Part shown: positions 58,003 through 64,000 of the stretch, piece by piece
Layout: every line of letters begins with the position of its first letter
Numbering within the stretch: the stretch's first letter is position 1
DNA from: Bacteroidota bacterium
Lineage (GTDB): Bacteria > Bacteroidota > Bacteroidia > Bacteroidales > JAAUTT01
Assembly (NCBI GenBank): GCA_030706405.1
Contig: JAUZOO010000001.1
Span: 79,762 to 143,761 of the forward strand
Length of the DNA: 64,000 bases
Reading direction: 5' to 3'
Program-made: the position numbers and the translations under genes
The notes under the pieces: model-generated
The model's database searches: none
What the model was told of the DNA's origin: nothing
Seen by the model: the letters and a program-made list of their open reading frames with translations, nothing else

Positions 58003-58078
58003 TGCAAAAAAGCTTTCTTTTTTCTTTTTTTCGGTTTTTCTTTCTTCTTTGTGGAAATGAATTGATATGAAATAGAAA

Positions 58079-58101
58079 AGGCTACCCGATTTGGATAGCC
58101 T
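58079..58101 (-). terminator. Candidate terminator of the 249-aa gene
   Basis: Stem AGGCTA / TAGCCT plus inner C-G pairs. On the minus strand it is followed by TTTCTATTTC. Confidence 0.4.
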
Positions 58102-58126
58102 CAACTATAAAGATTGATTAGCTCAA

Positions 58127-58876
58127 TTAAGCTGTTTCGATGATGGCAAGTGAATTGTAAGCTCCATTTTTTAAGGAATACTGAACACCATTCATTAACT
58201 GGAAAAATTCAAGTTTCAATAAGAAAACTTTTGTTCCGGTTCCAGCAGGTAAAGCAGTAGGGGTTAATGTTACCGCTGTTGAGGTTGCAGAAATTGCAAT
58301 GTTCTGAACATTGGTGAGCTTGACATCAAAAACACCAGTTGCAAAATTGATATTACCCATTGCACCAGTAATGCTTAAATGAGTTGCCCCAGCAGGATAT
58401 ACAACATCGGTTAAGGGAACAAGTCCGGCAATAGTGATTACACCTGTAGTTGTGTTGACTGCATAGGGTTTGTAAAGCACCGCCCCAAGAATTGCGCTGT
58501 CATTAAAATTCAAACCTTTTAATAATGCCCTGCCAGCAGCAACGCCAACACCCACTCCAACAGTTCTTTTACCTCTGACTGACGTTGCATCCATGTTTTT
58601 AATATCAGTCATAACCTGAGTTATTCTCGATGTTACCCGATTGTCGGAGGCATTCATCATTAGTGTTCGAATCGAATCACGTAACAATTTACCTGCGGTT
58701 GCTGCATTTCCAAACTCTGCGCCGTTCTCCCTTGTTCTTTGAAAAGTTGGGTCATTTGCAATTCTGTCGGCAGAAACACCACCCTTTGTTTTTACAAGAT
58801 GACCATCTTGTGTTTTATAGAAGGTTAGATTTTCCAATGTTCCTTCTATCTTTAAAATGCCATTTAATTTAGCCAT
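58127..58876 (-). CDS. Hypothetical protein (249 aa), Gly/Thr/Val-rich beta-type C-terminal half
   Basis: Clean ORF preceded by a canonical AAGGAGG 4 nt upstream of the ATG, unusual in this window. Codon usage is GC-richer than the neighbouring island genes. Confidence 0.65.
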   Translation of the reverse strand: MAKLNGILKIEGTLENLTFYKTQDGHLVKTKGGVSADRIANDPTFQRTRENGAEFGNAATAGKLLRDSIRTLMMNASDNRVTSRITQVMTDIKNMDATSVRGKRTVGVGVGVAAGRALLKGLNFNDSAILGAVLYKPYAVNTTTGVITIAGLVPLTDVVYPAGATHLSITGAMGNINFATGVFDVKLTNVQNIAISATSTAVTLTPTALPAGTGTKVFLLKLEFFQLMNGVQYSLKNGAYNSLAIIETA

Positions 58877-59000
58877 AATTCCTCCTTTTTTAAGTTCAAA
58901 GCTAAAACACTATTAAACCCCTTGCAAACAGAGGCTTCCGTATACTTTCGTTTCTGCCGATATTTCCATTATGAACTAATTATTCTTACTTCTAAATTCA

Positions 59001-59008
59001 GTATCTTT
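59001..59008 (+). promoter_or_regulatory. Bacteroidetes-type -7 promoter box (TAnnTTTG) upstream of the excisionase-like gene
   Basis: TATCTTTG matches the TAnnTTTG consensus, ~70 nt upstream of the ATG at 59077. This is a motif match only. Confidence 0.3.
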
Positions 59009-59076
59009 GCATTGAGCTACAGCATAGTTAGAGTATGGCTGAAGTATAGATAATGTATTAAAACAGTATTTTTAAA

Positions 59077-59268
59077 ATGGAGCGGATTTGTATATATCCA
59101 AAAGATGTGCAAATGGTAACTGGTAAGAGCGAACGATGGGGTCGTGACGTTATCAAGAGAATTAAAAAGCAGTTTAGCAAAGAAGAACACCAATTGGTTA
59201 CAGTAGATGAGTTTTGTAACTATATGGGTTTAGATGCTATTTCAGTGAAACAACTTTTGAGAAACTAA
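59077..59268 (+). CDS. Small helix-turn-helix DNA-binding protein, excisionase/AlpA-like
   Basis: 63-aa ORF. The pattern YPKDVQMVTGKSERWGRDVIKRIKK resembles the small HTH proteins found at the ends of Bacteroidetes integrative elements. Confidence 0.5.
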   Translation: MERICIYPKDVQMVTGKSERWGRDVIKRIKKQFSKEEHQLVTVDEFCNYMGLDAISVKQLLRN

Positions 59269-59488
59269 TTTTTAAACCCTTTTCCCAGTTATTAAGAGTC
59301 TATAATATTATGGTTAGATACATGTAAGGGAGGCTAAGATTAATTAAATCGCAGCTCTCAAAGGTTGAGGCAGTCGAATAGGCTGCAATAGCTGAACAGG
59401 TATAACAGGCTTTAATTCATAGATTCGCCGAAATCTCTCCATTAATTGGTTCGATAATCGTACTTTAGGGGCTACAAAAATAAAGCAT

Positions 59489-59531
59489 AACCCTTTCTTA
59501 GTGAAAATCTTTGAAAGGGTTGCTTGTTTTT
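59489..59531 (+). terminator. Intrinsic terminator-like hairpin near the distal island end
   Basis: 9-bp stem AACCCTTTC (59489-59497) / GAAAGGGTT (59513-59521), followed by GCTTGTTTTT. Confidence 0.45.
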
Positions 59532-59757
59532 AGGGGATAGTTAAGGTAATAGTATTTTTATATGCGTTTTATCATTTATAATCAACCAATGCTTACCAGC
59601 AATAGTATGCGCATTTCAATTACCTATTCTTCATTATTGTTTTTGAGAACAATTCGGATATTTAATTTTTACATGCTATATAACATTATTTTTTGTATTT
59701 TTGTGCGATTTTACCGGAAGGTAACCTGATCGTCAAATTGATACAAAACATCAGATT

Positions 59758-61242
59758 ATGGCAAAGTTATCGAAGTTCGCTGTTTTATTCGTCGGTATAG
59801 CCCTGTTTTCTTATTCGTTACATGCCCAAGGCTATGACATCAAAATTAAAATTCCTGCACTTAAGGATTCAACAGTTCTGTTAGGTCACCATTTTGCCAG
59901 CCTCCTTTATCCCGACGATACCGTAAAGCTCGATAAAAAAGGGATGGGCTCATTTAAACGTACCAAAAAACTTCCCGGCGGAATGTACTTCGTTTTCCTT
60001 CCCACCAAAAAATATTTTGACATTCTTATAGGTGACAATCAATCGTTCACCATCACCGCCGACACTACCGATTTCTTAAAAACTACTAAATTTACTGGCT
60101 CGCCCAATAATCAGCTGTTTTACGAATATCAAAACCTTCTTACCGATAACCGCGCCAAGGCTGACAAACTGATTGAGCGTAAAAAGAAATCGACCTCCGC
60201 ACAGCAAAAAGACTCCATCACCAAAGCCATCGACAAAATTAATCAGGAAGTGATGGGCAACACTAGAAAATGGCTTTCCGACAACCCTTCGCTTTTTTTT
60301 ACAACATTTCTGAAGAGTTTACAGGATGTTGATATTCCTGATTTTCCGCGCGATGCTAAAGGAAATATTCTCGATTCGGCCTTTCAATGGCGCTATTTTA
60401 AAACTCATTATTTCGACAACTTCAATTATGCCGATAATCGGTTGCTCCGGACTCCGGTTTACGAACAAAAAATTAAATATTTCATCGAAAAGGTTATTCC
60501 TCAAACGCCCGATTCGATTAACAAGGAACTGGATATAATCCTCGACAAGGTTAAAGGCAATGAAGAGGTTTTCCGTTATCTGCTTGTAACTTTCTTTAAA
60601 CAATATGCCAATAGCCAGGTTATGGGGCAGGATGCCGTATTTGTGCATCTTTCCGAAAAATATTATATCCCTTCGGCTACCTGGGCTTCAAAAGACGACC
60701 TTGAAAAATTAAAAAAGGAAGTAGCCAAAAAGAAACCTAATCTTATAGGACAGACTGCCCCAAACCTCAGTCTGGTAGAAGTTTCGCCCGACCATTTTAT
60801 GATTGCCAAAACCGATACTGCTTTAAAGAGCAATCCTTATGTTGGAAATCCACTTAACCTTAAAGATATACAGGCTAAATTCCTGGTAGTCGCTTTTTGG
60901 GAAGCCGACTGCGGACATTGCAAAAAAGCAATTCCCGCGCTTCACGAAGTATATCAACGTATTAAAAATAAAGGTGCCAAAGTACTGGCTATCCACATGA
61001 TTTCGAGCGTAGAAGGCAAACGTAAATGGATCGATTTTGTAAACGAAAACAATATGTACGACTGGATTAATGCCTGGAGCCCATACAATCACGATTACAA
61101 AGACTCTTATGACGTTTATTCGACGCCTGTAATCTATGTCCTCGACGAAAATAAAACCATCGTAGCAAAACGTATTGGAGCAGAACAGGTTGAAGAAGTA
61201 ATTGATTTTGAACTTAAGAAAGCTGCAAAAACAAAAAAGTAA
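59758..61242 (+). CDS. Thioredoxin-fold (TlpA/AhpC-TSA-like) protein with large N-terminal domain
   Basis: Signal peptide. The C-terminal thioredoxin domain has a CxxC active site (FWEADCGHCKK). Confidence 0.78.
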   Translation: MAKLSKFAVLFVGIALFSYSLHAQGYDIKIKIPALKDSTVLLGHHFASLLYPDDTVKLDKKGMGSFKRTKKLPGGMYFVFLPTKKYFDILIGDNQSFTITADTTDFLKTTKFTGSPNNQLFYEYQNLLTDNRAKADKLIERKKKSTSAQQKDSITKAIDKINQEVMGNTRKWLSDNPSLFFTTFLKSLQDVDIPDFPRDAKGNILDSAFQWRYFKTHYFDNFNYADNRLLRTPVYEQKIKYFIEKVIPQTPDSINKELDIILDKVKGNEEVFRYLLVTFFKQYANSQVMGQDAVFVHLSEKYYIPSATWASKDDLEKLKKEVAKKKPNLIGQTAPNLSLVEVSPDHFMIAKTDTALKSNPYVGNPLNLKDIQAKFLVVAFWEADCGHCKKAIPALHEVYQRIKNKGAKVLAIHMISSVEGKRKWIDFVNENNMYDWINAWSPYNHDYKDSYDVYSTPVIYVLDENKTIVAKRIGAEQVEEVIDFELKKAAKTKK

Positions 61243-61322
61243 CTCAAAATATAATGAAGTGAGCCAATTGTCAGGCATGATTACTCGCTTCTGAATTTTC
61301 AATTTATAAACAAACACAATAA

Positions 61323-62408
61323 ATGAACAATTCCGCAGAGATTAAACTGGTATTGGAAGACGGAACTGAAATTAACGGCAAATCGTTCGGGTACGAAGGT
61401 TCTGTATCGGGTGAGGTAGTTTTTAACACTGCAATGACGGGTTATCCCGAAAGTTTAACCGACCCCTCGTATAAGGGAGAAATTTTGGTGTTAACTTATC
61501 CATTAATTGGTAACTACGGCGTTCCTGGCAACGAAATGCTGGATAATCTGCTTCAATTCTTCGAGTCGCATACCATCCATATTTCCGCACTTGTTATTTC
61601 CGATTATTCGTTCGAATACAGCCACTGGAATGCTAAAAAGAGCCTGTCCGACTGGTTGAAGGAAAACAAGATCCCTGGAATTTATGGTGTTGACACCCGT
61701 TCGCTCACCAAAATTCTGCGCGAAAAAGGAACCATGCTTGGGAGAGTAATCGTTAACAATCAGGATGTTCCCTGGTACCGGCCCGACGACGACCATTTGG
61801 TAGCCCAGGTAAGCACTCCTACCAAAGAAATTTACGGAAACGGCAAATACCGCATCGTACTGATTGACTGCGGCGTAAAATATAACATTATCCGCTGTCT
61901 GTTATCACGCGACACTACCGTGGTTCGTGTTCCGCACGACTACGATTTTTCGCAGGAACAATATGACGGCCTGTTCATTTCGAACGGCCCCGGCGACCCC
62001 AAAAAATGTGAAGCTACCATTAAAAACCTGGCCAAAGCTTTCGAACAGGATATTCCCATCATGGGTATTTGCCTCGGTAACCAGCTCATGGCACTAGCTT
62101 CGGGAGCCAATACCTATAAACTGAAATATGGACACCGCAGCCACAACCAGCCGGTTTTACAAGTAGGAACCAAAAAATCGTATATTACTTCACAAAATCA
62201 CGGTTTTGCCATCGACAACAGCACACTTTCGAGCGATTGGGAGCCTTATTTCGTCAACCTGAACGATGATACTAACGAAGGAATGCGTCACAAAACAAAA
62301 CCATTCTTTTCGACTCAGTTCCACCCCGAAGCTTCGAGCGGCCCCACTGACACCGAATTCCTGTTCGACGATTTCATTGCGGCTGTAAAGAAGTATAAAG
62401 GCGAATAA
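61323..62408 (+). CDS. carA: Carbamoyl-phosphate synthase small (glutamine amidotransferase) subunit
   Basis: CPSase small-chain N-domain (NTAMTGYPESLTDPSY), a GATase class I active-site Cys (GICLGNQLMA) and a HPE motif (FHPEASSGP). Confidence 0.9.
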   Translation: MNNSAEIKLVLEDGTEINGKSFGYEGSVSGEVVFNTAMTGYPESLTDPSYKGEILVLTYPLIGNYGVPGNEMLDNLLQFFESHTIHISALVISDYSFEYSHWNAKKSLSDWLKENKIPGIYGVDTRSLTKILREKGTMLGRVIVNNQDVPWYRPDDDHLVAQVSTPTKEIYGNGKYRIVLIDCGVKYNIIRCLLSRDTTVVRVPHDYDFSQEQYDGLFISNGPGDPKKCEATIKNLAKAFEQDIPIMGICLGNQLMALASGANTYKLKYGHRSHNQPVLQVGTKKSYITSQNHGFAIDNSTLSSDWEPYFVNLNDDTNEGMRHKTKPFFSTQFHPEASSGPTDTEFLFDDFIAAVKKYKGE

Positions 62409-62602
62409 TTGGATGGTTTAATATTTATGATTTTTATCATGTTTTACTGAAAATAAGTCTTTCATAAATCATGAAAAATCGTTTACTTTACCGCCACAAA
62501 CAATAAAAATAATGACAACAGCTATATTTCATAGGCAATACCCGTGTAGGCCGTCCGTTTTTCGGGACTGAATGGAAGTATTGTATGAAATTGTATCATA
62601 TT

Positions 62603-62634
62603 AAAAAACTTGCCATTCAGTGCAAGTTTTTTTT
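62603..62634 (+). terminator. Strong intrinsic terminator in the carA-argG intergenic region
   Basis: AAAAAACTTGC / GCAAGTTTTTT form an extended stem around an 8-nt loop, followed by a T7 run. It lies 195 nt after the carA stop and 110 nt before the argG start. Confidence 0.65.
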
Positions 62635-62743
62635 GTTTAAACGAAAACACCAATATCGTCAAATATTCAGAGACAAAAATTTTCAATCAAGTCAATTTTA
62701 AATCTTGGTTCCTGGTTCTTGGCTCCTGATTCTAAATTAAAAA

Positions 62744-63943
62744 ATGATGAAAGAAAAAGTAGTACTGGCATTTAGCGGAGGTTTGGACACTTCCTATTGC
62801 GCAAAATATCTGAGCGATGAAAAAGGCCTTGATGTTCATTCGGCCATTGTAAATACCGGAGGTTTTTCGGCAGAAGAACTGAAGGAAATTGAAACTAAAG
62901 CCTTGAAGCTCGGAGTTTCGTCGCACAAAACCATCGATGTTACCGACGAATATTATCAGAAATGTATCAAATATCTGGTTTGGGGTAACGTTCTGCGTAA
63001 CAACACTTATCCTATTTCGGTAAGTTCCGAACGCGTTTTTCAGGCTATTGCCATTGCTAATTTTGCTAAAGAAATCGGAGCTTCGTACATTGCCCACGGG
63101 AGTACCGGTGCTGGTAACGACCAGGTACGTTTCGACCTCGTTTTTCTGATTGTTTGCCCTGATATTAAAGTAATTACCCCAATCCGCGACATGAAACTAT
63201 CACGCGATGAGGAAATTGAATTCCTCAAAAGCAAAGGTGTAGTTTCCGACTGGACAAAATCAGCTTATTCCATCAATAAAGGACTTTGGGGCACCAGCAT
63301 CGGCGGTCGTGAAACACTCACTTCCAGCCAATCACTTCCTGAGTCGGCTTATCCAACCCAATTAACCAAACAAGGCGAAGAAGTACTAACACTCGACTTT
63401 GTAAAAGGCGAAGTGAAAGGGGTAAATGGTAAGAAATTCGAAAATCCGGTTGATTCCATCCGTGAAATCGAAAGCATTGCCGGGGCCTACGCGATTGGTC
63501 GTGACATCCATATTGGTGATACCATTATTGGTATCAAAGGCCGTGTTGGTTTTGAAGCAGCGGCTCCGCTCATTATGATTAAGGCTCACCATCTTCTCGA
63601 AAAACATACGCTTACCAAATGGCAGCTATACTGGAAGGAACAAATGGGCAACTGGTACGGAATGTTCGTTCACGAATCGCAATATCTTGATCCTGTGATG
63701 CGTAATATTGAAAAATTCCTCGACGATTCGCAGGAATTCGTGACCGGTAAGGTTATCGTTAAATTAAAACCTTATCATTTCGAGCTCGTTGGTATCGAAT
63801 CGGAACACGATTTAATGAACGCCAAATTTGCCAAGTATGGCGAAGAAAATACAGCGTTTAGCGGAGAAGATGTTAAAGGCTTCACCAAGATTCTTGCTAA
63901 CCAGATGAAGATTTTTTATTCGATAAATGACAGTACAAAATAG
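62744..63943 (+). CDS. argG: Argininosuccinate synthase
   Basis: ATP-pyrophosphatase P-loop VVLAFSGGLDTS and HGSTGAGNDQVRF motif. Confidence 0.92.
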   Translation: MMKEKVVLAFSGGLDTSYCAKYLSDEKGLDVHSAIVNTGGFSAEELKEIETKALKLGVSSHKTIDVTDEYYQKCIKYLVWGNVLRNNTYPISVSSERVFQAIAIANFAKEIGASYIAHGSTGAGNDQVRFDLVFLIVCPDIKVITPIRDMKLSRDEEIEFLKSKGVVSDWTKSAYSINKGLWGTSIGGRETLTSSQSLPESAYPTQLTKQGEEVLTLDFVKGEVKGVNGKKFENPVDSIREIESIAGAYAIGRDIHIGDTIIGIKGRVGFEAAAPLIMIKAHHLLEKHTLTKWQLYWKEQMGNWYGMFVHESQYLDPVMRNIEKFLDDSQEFVTGKVIVKLKPYHFELVGIESEHDLMNAKFAKYGEENTAFSGEDVKGFTKILANQMKIFYSINDSTK

Positions 63944-64000
63944 CAAGTACTGAGTACGAAGAAAATACATCTTAAAATTCTGTTATTCATTGAAAAGTAT

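Larger units (their letters stand above)
41412..59488. mobile_element. tRNA-Arg-adjacent integrated genomic (defence) island of about 18 kb; boundaries approximate
   Basis: It starts next to a tRNA with a large serine recombinase gene and ends near an excisionase-like HTH gene. Most of it is visibly AT-richer than the flanks. Its cargo is a type I R-M operon, an ATPase/HNH pair, AbiE and orphan genes. Confidence 0.55.

Noticed and set aside
57968-58060. 30-codon ORF (MSKTLTKRLAPPAKKLSFFFFSVFLSSLWK) as a type I toxin-like peptide
   Set aside because: The hydrophobic stretch is only ~14 aa and derives from a poly-T tract. The AGGAGG is 13 nt from the ATG. It is more likely a structural or terminator element, and is kept only as a remark in a finding.
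56760-58126. Known housekeeping RNAs (tmRNA, RNase P RNA, 6S, SRP RNA), a group II intron or integron attC sites as an explanation for the ORF-free region
   Set aside because: I could not find their hallmark sequences: a tRNA-like 3' end with a tag ORF, GAGGAAAGUCCGGGC, domain V, or RYYYAAC/GTTRRRY pairs with an intI gene. This was only an eyeball check, and a cmscan is still required.
59443-59475. Degenerate copy of the tRNA-Arg 3' end (GGTTCGAT...GGGGCTAC) as a classical attR direct repeat
   Set aside because: Similarity to the tRNA 3' end (GGGTTCGATTCCCGGTGGGACTACCA) is patchy and needs gaps. The tRNA and its terminator are intact at the proximal end, and the recombinase is a serine enzyme that does not generate long repeats. 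It is reported only as weak 11-mer repeats.
1-64000. CRISPR arrays, rRNA genes, IS elements or transposase genes
   Set aside because: No regularly spaced direct repeats, rRNA-like sequence or transposase ORFs were found on inspection of either strand. The only recombinase is the serine recombinase at 41371..42921.

Overview
This window looks like a Bacteroidota chromosome segment. The evidence is a SusC/SusD pair under an ECF sigma/anti-sigma pair, a T9SS type-B cargo gene with a PorP/SprF partner, a four-helix-bundle 'IVS' protein, and few Shine-Dalgarno sites. Roughly 1-41.3 kb and 59.7-64 kb hold ordinary core genes. These include prfB with its programmed +1 frameshift, class I fumarase, an MCP, an ECF-type Co/Ni transporter remnant and a DEAD-box helicase. 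Also present are rsmA, ribD, prmC, recX, a TonB receptor with DUF4249, tyrS, O-antigen genes, efp, carA and argG. At 41.3 kb a tRNA-Arg(CCT) with its terminator is followed by a visibly AT-richer island of about 18 kb. The island carries a large serine recombinase and a tightly coupled type I R-M operon in the unusual order hsdR-hsdS-[ABC-type ATPase + HNH nuclease]-hsdM. It also carries an AbiEi/AbiEii module with a perfect 13-bp inverted-repeat operator, several orphan genes, and a 1.3-1.4 kb ORF-free, GC-richer, repeat- and hairpin-rich segment. The three most interesting candidates follow. (1) The ATPase-HNH pair nested inside the R-M operon, which is Septu-like but unverified. (2) A core-genome four-gene cassette at 23.5-25.8 kb with two or three DUF2589-like paralogs and a signal-peptide-less lytic-transglycosylase-like protein. 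(3) The ORF-free structured region at 56.7-58.1 kb. All family assignments come from motif recognition by eye; no database search was possible.
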